DNA of 64,000 nucleotides from an uncultured Thermoleophilia bacterium (GCA_963702475.1 CAVPCT010000002.1:128001-192000), one strand, 5' to 3'. Positions 1 through 8,925 are shown, numbered from the stretch's first letter. The notes: generated by a model from the sequence alone, not told the origin. Numbers and translations are program-made.

Positions 1-2
1 AC

Positions 3-1361
3 CTCGACGGCGCCGACCTCGCGGCGCTCGCCGCGAGCCACGAGACCCCGTTCTTCGTGGTCTCGGAGCGGTGTCTGCGCGAGCGCGCGGCCGCCGTGGT
101 CGCGGCGTTCGCCGCACGGCACCGGGACACCCGGGTCTTCTTCGCCAGCAAGGCCTGCTCCAACCTGTGGGTCCTCGGCGTGGTGCGCGACGCCGGCCTC
201 GGCGTTGAGGTCAATTCGGGCGGCGAGCTGGAGAAGACGCTGCTCTCCGGCTTCACGCCGGACCGCATCATCTTCAACGGCGTGGCGAAGACGCGCGACG
301 AGATCGTCCTCGCCGTACGGCGCGGCGTGCGCGCTCTGCTCGTGGACTCGCTCTGCGAGCTCGACCGCATCGGCGCGGTGGCCGCGGAGCTCGGCCGCGC
401 GGCCACGGTGGCGCCGCGCATCGACGTGCACGTGCCGGCGCTCACGCACCCCGGTCTGGAGACGGCCTTCGGCGGCAAGGCGGGCATCGACCGCGACGAC
501 GCCGTCGAGGCGTTCAGGCGCGCCGCCGCCGACCCGTGGCTGGACCCGGCCGGCCTGCACCTGCACATCGGCTCGCAGATCTCGAGCGTCGCGCCGTACG
601 TCGAGGCGATGGCCACAACGCTCGACCTCGTCGACGAGGTCGAGCGCGCCGCCGGCCTGCACCTGCGGTTCCTCGACGCCGGCGGCGGGTTCGCGGTGCC
701 GTACGACGAGCGGCCGCAACATCCGCCTGCACAGCCCGATCCGCCGCCCGGTGGGCCGCCTGCGGCCCACTACTTCGCCTGCGACCTCACGTTCGACGAC
801 TACGCCGAGACGGTGTGCGGGCAGCTGCGCCGGCGCCGCCCCGACCTCGAGCTCTTCGTAGAGCCCGGACGGTCCATCGCGGCGCCGGCCGGCGTGCTGG
901 TCACGCGCGTCGAGAGCGAGAAGACCAAGCGCGTACGTGACGCGCGCGGCCGCGTGACCGGTGAGGTGCGCTGGCTCACCGTCGACGCCGGCTTCAACAC
1001 GCTGCTCGAGCACACCAACTACGGGTGGTACTACCGCAGCCGGGTGGCCGGCCGGGCCGGCGAGGCGCACGATGCGCCCTTCCGGCTCGCCGGTCCGCTC
1101 TGCGACGGCGGCGACGTGTTCGCCGGCGACAACGGCACACCGTTCCGCCGCTTGCCGGCGTCCACGACGGTTGGGGACGCCGTCGTGTTCCGCGACACCG
1201 GCGCCTACACGCTGGAGATGATGAACGACTACAATGCACGGCCGCGGGCGGCCGCCTATGCGGTCACCGCCGCCGGCGAAGTGATCGAGATCCGGCGACG
1301 GGAGACCGTCGCCGACCTCGTGCGCGCGGACCGGAACCCCGAGCCCGGCCGAGGAGGCTGA
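3..1361 (+). CDS. Fold-type III PLP-dependent decarboxylase (LysA/DAPDC family; most like D-ornithine/D-lysine decarboxylase); 5' end lies outside the window
   Basis: Frame is open from base 3 (LDGADLAALAASHETPFFVVSE). Motifs FFASKA (PLP Lys), HLHIGSQ, GGGF, EPGRS, LAGPLCDGGD, GAYT..YNARP. Confidence 0.85.
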   Translation, partial: LDGADLAALAASHETPFFVVSERCLRERAAAVVAAFAARHRDTRVFFASKACSNLWVLGVVRDAGLGVEVNSGGELEKTLLSGFTPDRIIFNGVAKTRDEIVLAVRRGVRALLVDSLCELDRIGAVAAELGRAATVAPRIDVHVPALTHPGLETAFGGKAGIDRDDAVEAFRRAAADPWLDPAGLHLHIGSQISSVAPYVEAMATTLDLVDEVERAAGLHLRFLDAGGGFAVPYDERPQHPPAQPDPPPGGPPAAHYFACDLTFDDYAETVCGQLRRRRPDLELFVEPGRSIAAPAGVLVTRVESEKTKRVRDARGRVTGEVRWLTVDAGFNTLLEHTNYGWYYRSRVAGRAGEAHDAPFRLAGPLCDGGDVFAGDNGTPFRRLPASTTVGDAVVFRDTGAYTLEMMNDYNARPRAAAYAVTAAGEVIEIRRRETVADLVRADRNPEPGRGG

Positions 1362-1473
1362 CTGCGGTGGACGCGCGGCGGAGCGGCACCGCCTTGCGGT
1401 TCGGCCGCGGCCCCGCCGGAGCGGGGCCGCGGCCGTACTTCGTGGGGACCCCGTCACGCGTCCCCGCGCTGCC

Positions 1474-2640
1474 TCACACGATCCACTGCGGCCGGACCCG
1501 GGCGAACATGTACTTCGTCGTGGAGTACCCGAGTTTCCAGAACACGTGGTAGTGGTCGGTGGTGTGCGCGTCGATGACCTTCTGCCCGGCGTTGTTGGTG
1601 CCGACGACCATGGCGACGTGGTCCCAGACGCCGTCACCGGACCAGTCGTAGTACACGGCGTCGCCCTTGCCGAGGTCGCTGATGCCGGGCACATAGTCCG
1701 TGCGCCTGCCGTTCCAGAACCCCATCTGCTTGCCCACGTTGATCCAGCTCAGGCTGTACTGGTCGTCCGAGGGTGACGACGTGCCCCTGTTGTCGTACCA
1801 CCAGCCGGTGGACCAGGCGGCCGGCGTCGTCGGCATGCCGCCGGCGCGCGCGCTCTGGGACACGAAGTTCGCGCAGTCCGCACCGAAGCGGACGACATTG
1901 GGGTTGTACGAGAGCGCGTAGCGGTCGGCGTAGGCTGCGGCGGCGGCGCGGTTGTACACGATGGTGTCCATGTAGGCGCGGCCACCGGTGCGGCCACTCT
2001 CGACACGGATGCGGGACTGGTCCCGGCGGATGCGTGCCCTGTCGGAGCGGGTGGAGTCGTCAGGCGGGGCCACCGAGCGCTCGAGCCTCCGCGCCACCTC
2101 GAGCGAGACGGCCGCGGGCGCTCCGGCGTCCTCGAGGTAGGCGGGGGCCATGACGTCGTTGTAGGCGTCGTCGGTGACCCGCCAGCCGCGCTGCTCGAGC
2201 GAGAGAGAGACGATGTGGTCGACGCCGTAGGCCTCCACGTCGGCCAGACTCTCGCGTGAATGCCACTGCACGGTGGTGATGACGTGTGCCGAGACGGTCG
2301 CCGAGGCGCCGTCGGGGGCCAGCGATACGCCGTCCACGGTCACCGCCGTCTGGACGGAGTCGATGAGATGCCCGAGCTTGCCGGCGTTCATCCCCATCCC
2401 GCGGGCGATGAGCCGCTCCCGAGCGGCGAGGCGGGAGCCGGGTGCGACCAGGAGCGCAAGAGGGGCGCCGGGGTCGGGGGCGGTGACGGCTGCGGCTCGG
2501 GCCTCGAGATAGGCTGTGGCGACCGCCTCGGGGCCGGCGTTCGTTGCGGGCGGCCTCGCCGCGGCGGAGCCTGTGGCGGCGACCGAGAGCGCCATGGAGG
2601 CTGCCGCCACCATGAGGAGGAACCGACGAGGGTGCTTCAT
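1474..2640 (-). CDS. Secreted Amidase_6-type (papain-like Cys/His) putative peptidoglycan amidase
   Basis: Signal peptide MKHPRRFLLMVAAA after RBS AAAGGGG. C-terminal YNRAAAAAYADRYA, DCANFVSQ, DHVAMV, IDAHT. Confidence 0.8.
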   Translation of the reverse strand: MKHPRRFLLMVAAASMALSVAATGSAAARPPATNAGPEAVATAYLEARAAAVTAPDPGAPLALLVAPGSRLAARERLIARGMGMNAGKLGHLIDSVQTAVTVDGVSLAPDGASATVSAHVITTVQWHSRESLADVEAYGVDHIVSLSLEQRGWRVTDDAYNDVMAPAYLEDAGAPAAVSLEVARRLERSVAPPDDSTRSDRARIRRDQSRIRVESGRTGGRAYMDTIVYNRAAAAAYADRYALSYNPNVVRFGADCANFVSQSARAGGMPTTPAAWSTGWWYDNRGTSSPSDDQYSLSWINVGKQMGFWNGRRTDYVPGISDLGKGDAVYYDWSGDGVWDHVAMVVGTNNAGQKVIDAHTTDHYHVFWKLGYSTTKYMFARVRPQWIV

Positions 2641-3204
2641 TGTGACCCCTTTCGTTCTGATTGTGGACCCGCTGTGATGGTGTGGATGAGCCAGCCTCCG
2701 GCCGTCGTCCCGACCCTCCCCAAGGTGAAGAACAGCGTCGCTGCGCCCGGTGGCACCGGGCTCTCCGGACGTCCCGCCGCGCGCACGCGAGCGACCACGG
2801 TGACGGTCGCCGGGTCCGGCGCGGTGAGCACCCTGGCGGAGCGGAACGACAGCGCCCGCACGCTGCTGCAGCTGCGCCCGCGTCCAGACGCGCTGTGCGG
2901 CGAACAGACCCGCCGCCTCCCACAGGCGCCCGGCGTCCACGAGGTCGCAGAAGAGCTTGACGGTGCGTACCGCTTCGAGCCGTGCCTGCCCGTCGAGGTG
3001 CCAGGATGCCGCGGCAGCGGACTCCTCCGGGCTTGCGTACGGCGTTGCCGCCACACCGGGCAGGATCGCGGCGCCTGCCTGGGCCGGCGCGGCAGGCGCG
3101 GCCGGACTGGGGGCGTGGCGCCGCGCTCCGGGGACCGCGGCGAAGAGGCCGCCGAACGCTGCGGCGAGGACGATGAGGAAGATGACGAGGCGGCGGCTGA
3201 CCAT
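2637..3204 (-). CDS. Membrane-anchored DUF4829/NTF2-like protein, with an apparent +1 frameshift near 2865
   Basis: N-terminal TM (MVSRRLVIFLIVLAAAFGGLF) is in one frame. The C-terminal part (VRALSFRS...TLFFTLGR...GWLIHTITAGP) is in another frame and ends overlapping the amidase ATG. It resembles 11257-11796. Confidence 0.55.
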
Positions 3205-3334
3205 GGACCCATGCTCGCCGCGTGCCCCCGTGAGCCTCAAGGATGACCCAGGCGATCCGTGGATGACGTTGAGCCGCCGTCGGCGGTGACGTTCCACCGG
3301 AGCCCGGCGATCAGGCGGCCTCCCGGCCCGCGCG

Positions 3335-3384
3335 TTGACACGGGGCCGGGACCTTCCGTAATCTTGACTGGATTTATCTAGTTT
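3335..3384 (+). promoter_or_regulatory. sigma70-type promoter of the Rrf2-cys operon with an overlapping IscR/Rrf2-like operator
   Basis: TTGACA (3335-3340), 18 bp spacer, TAATCT (3359-3364). AT-rich AATCTTGACTGGATTTATCTAGTTT (3360-3384) resembles the IscR type-1 site. Confidence 0.7.
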
Positions 3385-3407
3385 CGACGCGGAGGAGCTC
3401 GCTGGTC

Positions 3408-3851
3408 GTGAACATCTCCATGAAGAGCAGGTACGCTGTCCGCGCCCTTACCGAGCTCGCGCGCCGCGAGGAGTCGCAGCCCGCCCGCCCGGTGCGGCTC
3501 GGCGAGATCGCCGACAGCCGCGACATGCCGCTGCAGTTCCTGGAGCAGGTGTTCGCGGCGCTCCGCAGGGCCGGTATCGTGCGCAGCCGGAGAGGCGCCG
3601 CCGGCGGATACGTGCTGGCGCGCCCGGCGGGTGAGATCAGCGTACTGGAGGTCGTGGCCGCGCTCGACGGTGTGCCTTCGCCGGCGGAGTGCACGCAGGG
3701 CAAGTGCGACCGGCTCGACACGTGTGGGGCGTCGTCGGTGTGGATCGAGGCGCAGGCCGCGCTGGAGGCCGTGCTGGGTGGCACCACGATCGGGGACCTT
3801 CTGGCGCGAGAGGACGCTCTGCGCGAGAGCGCGCCCATGTACTTCATCTGA
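3408..3851 (+). CDS. Rrf2 family regulator (CymR/IscR-like)
   Basis: [32 protein letters not shown], Cys triad [13 protein letters not shown]-terminus MYFI; RBS GGAGGA. Confidence 0.92.
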   Translation: MNISMKSRYAVRALTELARREESQPARPVRLGEIADSRDMPLQFLEQVFAALRRAGIVRSRRGAAGGYVLARPAGEISVLEVVAALDGVPSPAECTQGKCDRLDTCGASSVWIEAQAALEAVLGGTTIGDLLAREDALRESAPMYFI

Positions 3852-3913
3852 CACGGCTTCTGACACGGCGAAGGGCGCGCCGCGGGCGCGCGGCGCCGGC
3901 GCGAGGAGACAGC

Positions 3914-4849
3914 ATGCATCGAGCAGCCAGCATCACCGACCTCATCGGGCGCACTCCGCTGCTGCGCCTCAACCGGCTCTCGGACGAGACCGGGGCGGAG
4001 ATCCTCGGCAAGCTCGAGTCGTTCAACCCGGGCGGGAGCGTCAAGGACCGCATCGGTCTGGCCATGATCGCGGCCGCCGAGCGTGACGGGCTCATCTCCC
4101 CGGGGCGCACCACCGTCATCGAGCCGACCAGCGGCAACACGGGCATCGCCCTCGCCATGGTCGCGGCCGCGCGCGGGTACGCCATGGTCCTCACGATGCC
4201 GGACACGATGAGCGCCGAGCGGTGCACCATCCTCAGGGCCTACGGGGCGCGTCTCGTGCTCACCCCCGGCTCCGAGGGCATGGCCGGCGCCGTGCAGCGG
4301 GCGCTCGACCTCGCCGCGGAGACGCCCGACTCCTTCGTGCCCCAGCAGTTCGAGAACGCGGCCAATCCCGAGGTGCACCGCCTCACAACGGCGGAGGAGA
4401 TCTGGACCGACACCGGAGGGGAGGTGGACGCCTTCGTGGCCGGTGTGGGCACCGGCGGCACCCTGACGGGCGTCGGTCAGGTCCTGCGCGAGAGGCGGCC
4501 GGGCGTGCACGTCGTGGCCGTCGAGCCTTCGGACTCCGCCATCTTGTCTGGTGGCCGTCCCGGCCCGCACCGCATCCAGGGCATCGGCGCCGGGTTCGTG
4601 CCGAAGGTGCTGGACGACGACGTGTACGACGAGATCGTGACCGTCTCCGGTGACGACGCCTTCGCGACGGCGCGCGAGCTTGCGCGCAGCGAAGGAGTGC
4701 TGGTGGGCATCTCGGCCGGCGCCAACGTGTGGGCCGCCGCCCGGGTCGCGCGACGACCGGAGATGCGGGAGAAGGTCATCGTCACCGTGCTCTGCGACAC
4801 CGGCGAGCGCTACCTCTCCACGCCGCTCTTCGCCGACGCGGGGGAGTGA
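3914..4849 (+). CDS. cysK: Cysteine synthase A (O-acetylserine sulfhydrylase)
   Basis: [56 protein letters not shown]. Confidence 0.96.
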   Translation: MHRAASITDLIGRTPLLRLNRLSDETGAEILGKLESFNPGGSVKDRIGLAMIAAAERDGLISPGRTTVIEPTSGNTGIALAMVAAARGYAMVLTMPDTMSAERCTILRAYGARLVLTPGSEGMAGAVQRALDLAAETPDSFVPQQFENAANPEVHRLTTAEEIWTDTGGEVDAFVAGVGTGGTLTGVGQVLRERRPGVHVVAVEPSDSAILSGGRPGPHRIQGIGAGFVPKVLDDDVYDEIVTVSGDDAFATARELARSEGVLVGISAGANVWAAARVARRPEMREKVIVTVLCDTGERYLSTPLFADAGE

Positions 4850-4856
4850 GGCGAGT

Positions 4857-5642
4857 GTGCTGATCAGCGGCGGGGATCGGCTGCGGTACGACTGCCAGCT
4901 CGTCCTCAAGGACGTCGGCGAGCGCGGCCAGCAGAAGCTGCGTGACGCCGCTGTGCTCGTCGTCGGGGCCGGCGGCCTGGGGGCGCCGGTGCTGTACTAC
5001 CTCGCCGCCGCCGGCGTCGGCCGCCTGGGCGTGGTGGACGACGACGTGGTCGAGCTCAGCAACCTGCAGCGCCAGATCCTGTACACCACCGAGGACATCG
5101 GGCGCGGCAAGGCGGAGACGGCGGCCGCGCGCCTCAGGGCGCTCAATCCGGACGTGGCGGTCACCGCACACACGCAGCGCCTGCGGGCCGCCAACGTCAC
5201 TGACCTCGTGGGCGCGCACGACATCGTGGTCACGGCCGTGGACAATTTCCCGACCCGCTATCTCATCAACGACGCCTGCGTGCTGCAGAAGAAGACGCTC
5301 GTCGACGGAGCCGTGCTGCGCATGGTCGGCCTGGCGATGACGGTGAAGGGCGGAGAGACCGCCTGCTATCGGTGCCTCTTCCCGGAGCCGCCGCCGGCGG
5401 CTGCCGTGGTGAGCTGCTCCGAGGCCGGTGTGCTCGGCCCGATCCCCGGCACCATCGGCGCGATCCAGGCGCTCGAGGTCATCAAGGTGATCACCGGCGC
5501 CGGCAGGCCGCTGTACGACCGCCTCATCCAGTTCGACGGCGCCGCCATGACCTTCACCGAGGTCGAGGTGGCGCGCGCGCCTACGTGTCCCGTGTGCGGC
5601 GAGAGCCCCACCGTCACGGAGCCCATCGACTATGACGATTGA
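4857..5642 (+). CDS. MoeB/ThiF (E1-like) adenylyltransferase without a rhodanese domain
   Basis: VVGAGGLG, DDDVVELSNLQRQ, CYRC and CPVC Zn motifs, SCSEAGVLG catalytic Cys. GTG start inferred. Confidence 0.92.
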   Translation: MLISGGDRLRYDCQLVLKDVGERGQQKLRDAAVLVVGAGGLGAPVLYYLAAAGVGRLGVVDDDVVELSNLQRQILYTTEDIGRGKAETAAARLRALNPDVAVTAHTQRLRAANVTDLVGAHDIVVTAVDNFPTRYLINDACVLQKKTLVDGAVLRMVGLAMTVKGGETACYRCLFPEPPPAAAVVSCSEAGVLGPIPGTIGAIQALEVIKVITGAGRPLYDRLIQFDGAAMTFTEVEVARAPTCPVCGESPTVTEPIDYDD

Positions 5643-6558
5643 CCAACGTAGCGGAGTCAACGTCGGGGGCAGCGAAGTGGCACCCGACAATGAGCTGCGA
5701 AGCGCACTGAACGTCGGGGGCAGCGAAGGCGCACCCGACGGGGACGCGGCCCTCGCGCGCCTGCAGGCCGAGCTGGCGCAGCTGGACTCGGCCTGCGTGG
5801 CCTTCTCCGGCGGCGTGGACTCGAGCCTCGTGCTCGCCGCCGCGGTGCGCGCCCTGGGCGCCGGAAATGTCGTCGCCTACACCGCCGTGTCGGCGACGTA
5901 CCCGCCGGAGGAGCTGGAGACGGCACGCCGACTCGCGGCCGGCCTCGGCGTGCGCCACGTGGTGACGGCGACGCACGAGTTCGCCCAGGCGTCATTCACC
6001 ACGAACCCGCGCGAGCGCTGCTATTTCTGCAAGCGCGAGCTGGTGGCGGAGATGCGGCGCGCCGCCGACGAGCACGGCTGCGCCGCGCTGGTCGACGGCG
6101 CCAACCTCGACGACCTCGGCGACCACCGGCCCGGCATGCGGGCCACGGCGGAGGCCGGCGTGCGACACCCGCTGCTGGACGCCGGTCTCGGCAAGGCCGA
6201 GGTGCGGCGTCTTGCGCGGGAGCTCGGCCTGCCCACCTGGGACGCGCCGCAGCAGGCCTGCCTGGCGTCGCGGATCCCGTACGGCGAGCCCATCACCGTG
6301 GAGAAGCTCGCGGCCGTGGCCGCGGCCGAGCGGATCCTGCGCGACCTCGGCTTCCGCCAGTGCCGCGTGCGCCACCACGGCGCCGTCGCGCGCGTCGAGG
6401 TCGAGCCGCGGCAGGTGGCGCGGGCCGCCGGCGAGGCGCGCGAAGCGATCCTCGCCGGCCTGCACGCCGCCGGCTTCACCTACGTGGCCCTCGATCTCGA
6501 CGGCTTTCGCTCGGGTAGCATGAACGAGGCGCCGTCCGGCGCCGCGGCGGGGAGGTGA
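5632..6558 (+). CDS. larE: LarE-family ATP-dependent sulfur transferase, [4Fe-4S]-type (CxxC...C)
   Basis: PP-loop [57 protein letters not shown]. Confidence 0.88.
   Translation: MTIDQRSGVNVGGSEVAPDNELRSALNVGGSEGAPDGDAALARLQAELAQLDSACVAFSGGVDSSLVLAAAVRALGAGNVVAYTAVSATYPPEELETARRLAAGLGVRHVVTATHEFAQASFTTNPRERCYFCKRELVAEMRRAADEHGCAALVDGANLDDLGDHRPGMRATAEAGVRHPLLDAGLGKAEVRRLARELGLPTWDAPQQACLASRIPYGEPITVEKLAAVAAAERILRDLGFRQCRVRHHGAVARVEVEPRQVARAAGEAREAILAGLHAAGFTYVALDLDGFRSGSMNEAPSGAAAGR
5659..5739. repeat. Two 30-bp palindromic (REP-like) direct repeats, period 51 bp, in frame within the larE 5' end
   Basis: AACGTCGGGGGCAGCGAAGTGGCACCCGAC (5659-5688) and AACGTCGGGGGCAGCGAAGGCGCACCCGAC (5710-5739); each has a GTCGGG/CCCGAC stem. 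Confidence 0.85.
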
Positions 6559-7334
6559 CATCAGTGCTCGGCAAGCTCGTGGGCGGTCTCAGGCGCGACG
6601 CGCGCACCGCCGTGGAAGAGATCACCCAGGACGTGCGCGCCGTGCAGGAGCGCGACCCCGCCGCCACCTCTCAGCTGGAGATCATCACCTCGTACTCTGG
6701 CCTGCATGCACTCTGGATGCACCGCCTGGCGCACCGCCTGCAGACTGCCGGCGTGCCGCTGCTGCCGCGCTGGGTCAGCCAGATGGGCCGCTTCTTCACC
6801 GGCGTGGAGATCCACCCCGGGGCGCGCATCGGCAAGGGGCTCTTCATCGACCACGGGTCGGGCGTGGTGATAGGCGAGACCACGGAGATCGGCGACGACG
6901 TCACGATCTACCAGGGCGTCACCCTTGGCGGCACCGGCAAGGAGACGGGCAAGCGGCACCCCACGGTGGGGGACAACGTCGTGCTCGGCGCGGGCGCCAA
7001 GGTACTCGGCGCCGTGACCATCGGCGACAACGCCAAGATCGGCGCCGGCAGCGTCGTCGTGCTTGACGTGCCGCGCAACTCGACCGTTGTCGGCAACCCC
7101 GGACGCCCGGTGATGCTCGAGGGTCAGAAGGTCGGCATCCCCGACATCGACTACCGCCATCTGCCCGACCCCGTGGCCGAGGCCATCAAGTGCCTCGTGG
7201 CGCGCATCGTGGAGATGGAGAAGGAACTCGACGAGATCCACCCCGACCGCGGCGGCAAGCGCGAGGAGGCCGTGCGGCAGACGCAGGCGATCCTCGCGGA
7301 GTTCCTGCGGTTCGACGCGGGCGCCGGCATCTGA
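6555..7334 (+). CDS. cysE: Serine O-acetyltransferase
   Basis: [46 protein letters not shown]; C-terminus DAGAGI. Confidence 0.96.
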   Translation: MTSVLGKLVGGLRRDARTAVEEITQDVRAVQERDPAATSQLEIITSYSGLHALWMHRLAHRLQTAGVPLLPRWVSQMGRFFTGVEIHPGARIGKGLFIDHGSGVVIGETTEIGDDVTIYQGVTLGGTGKETGKRHPTVGDNVVLGAGAKVLGAVTIGDNAKIGAGSVVVLDVPRNSTVVGNPGRPVMLEGQKVGIPDIDYRHLPDPVAEAIKCLVARIVEMEKELDEIHPDRGGKREEAVRQTQAILAEFLRFDAGAGI

Positions 7335-7371
7335 GCTTCGCCGGCCGGCGCCCCGCAGGCTCTCCGCCGCG

Positions 7372-7635
7372 TCAGACCATCAGCGGCATCGCGCGGCTCG
7401 GTGGGACGTCTTCCGCGACCAGGCCGTCGGCGTTCCCGTCGAGGACGCCGAGGTCGTCCAGGAGGAGCTCGGGGTCGATCAGGCCGAGGCAGCGCCAGGT
7501 GCCCCGCGCGCCGGCCGTGTAGAGTACGCCGTCATCGCTGAGAAGGAGGTCGCAGGCCGGCCCGAACTGCCAGAGCGGGTCTGTGCGGATGTGGGTGTAG
7601 CCCGTCGCCTCCCGGGCTGCCGTGAAGCTGCCCAT
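7372..7635 (-). CDS. Small acidic hypothetical protein (87 aa)
   Basis: Strong RBS GAGGAGGAAGAG before ATG 7635; GC3-biased codons; no family recognised. Confidence 0.55.
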   Translation of the reverse strand: MGSFTAAREATGYTHIRTDPLWQFGPACDLLLSDDGVLYTAGARGTWRCLGLIDPELLLDDLGVLDGNADGLVAEDVPPSRAMPLMV

Positions 7636-7946
7636 CTCTTCCTCCTCGCGGTCCCGGCGAGCTCCCTGCTCCGCCTCCGACACCCCCTGCATCGGCGGGC
7701 ACGCGGACTCTGACGATGGGGAAACATGCTCACCGTTCCTGGGCACGGCGCGGCGTGCGCAAGGGAGGAAGTCTCGGACCGTCGGACGTACGGCCAGGAC
7801 CACAGGGATGGCTCCGGCTCGGTCTTCACTCCTCCGGGTGACAGCGCCGAGCATCGTTGTCTCCCGTCCGGGTGACCGGTGCGAGCGGGTGGGTATGCTA
7901 GGATTGCAGCCCTCCCCGACCATCTCGAACGGAGTGTGACCGCCCC

Positions 7947-8255
7947 ATGAGCGAGGTCCGGCGTCTCGTGCTCGACGTCCTCAAGCCGCACCAGCCCACC
8001 ATGCTCGTTCTGGCCGACAAGCTCGGCGACCTCGAGGGCGTGCACGGTGTCGACATCACCCTCATCGAGATCGACAACAAGGTCGAGAACATCAAGATCA
8101 CCCTGGAGGGCGACGACGTCGACTTCCAGGACGTCGCCGAGGTCGTGCAGGAGTCCGGGGGCAGCATCCACTCCATCGACAAGGTGTCCACGGGCAAACG
8201 CCTCATCGACGAGGTCGAGACCCCCCAGGACGGCGGCGCCCCCTGGCTCCGCTGA
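7947..8255 (+). CDS. DUF211 family protein
   Basis: RRLVLDVLKPHQP...GVDITLIEID...GGSIHSIDKV, the DUF211 signature. Confidence 0.88.
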   Translation: MSEVRRLVLDVLKPHQPTMLVLADKLGDLEGVHGVDITLIEIDNKVENIKITLEGDDVDFQDVAEVVQESGGSIHSIDKVSTGKRLIDEVETPQDGGAPWLR

Positions 8256-8286
8256 TCGCCGCGCCTGATCGTCAGGTGAGCGCGCG

Positions 8287-8925
8287 GTGAGCTTCAGCGA
8301 TCGACCCGGCCTCGCCGCGCGCCTGCGCGGGCGCGCCGCCACCCTGCGTCACTATCACGAGATCGCCGACGTCGGCGAGATCGCCCGCCGGTACTTCGCC
8401 ATGAACGCCTTCGACGGCGTGCTCACCGGCGTTGGGCGTGTCATCGGCGGGTACTTCGGCGGCGTGGACGACGCCCGTGCCGTCGTCGTCCTCGTGCCAC
8501 CACGGCCGTCTGAGCATGGGCGTGTCCGGCTTCTATGGCTCGTACCTCTCCGAGCAGGCGGAGCGCGGCCGGGCGCTGCGCGAGCTGGAGGACACGATGC
8601 TCTCCAGCCTGCATGACGACCGACCGTCGCCTCGGCGGCCGGTACGCGACCATCGCCATCGCCTGCGTGGACGGCGCGTCTGCCGTTGCGGCGGCCTCAT
8701 CGTGATGTATCCCGCTCGCCTTCAGCCGGTGCTGAGGCGATGGACACCTCCTTCTACGCCGCGGCGCTGGGGCGTCGTCGCCGCAGAATTGTTCTTGCTC
8801 GGCGTCTTCCTCGGTGCACGTCTCGCGCGAGCGCCTGTGGTGTCGGGCCTGCGCCTCGTGTTCGCGGGGGCATCGCCCTCGGTCGTCAGCTTGCTGCTCA
8901 CGTCGCGGGGGTGTGGCGTGGGGCG
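8287..8925 (+). pseudogene. VIT1/CCC1-like (TIGR00267-type) membrane protein, multiply frameshifted in this sequence (probably assembly error); 3' end approximate
   Basis: IARRYFAMNAFDGVLT in one frame; SMGVSGFYGSYLSEQAERGRALRELEDTML and ELFLLGVFLG in another. Confidence 0.7.

Noticed and set aside
3230-3267. GGATGAC repeats upstream of the DUF4829-like gene, with AGGATGAC also at 11860-11867 upstream of its paralog
   Set aside because: Palindrome spacing and distance to the start differ, and a shared 8-mer is plausible by chance. Worth revisiting only with orthologous promoters.
1474-3297. 607-aa ORF appearing to fuse a membrane protein to the amidase
   Set aside because: The middle is out-of-frame sequence caused by an indel near 2865; the amidase has its own RBS and signal peptide at 2640.
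3847-3869. 11-bp tandem duplication TCTGACACGGC spanning the Rrf2 stop codon
   Set aside because: Most simply a local slippage duplication; no functional evidence.
5659-5739. Possible mini-CRISPR array
   Set aside because: Only two units with a 21-bp spacer, in frame within a gene, and no cas genes or leader.
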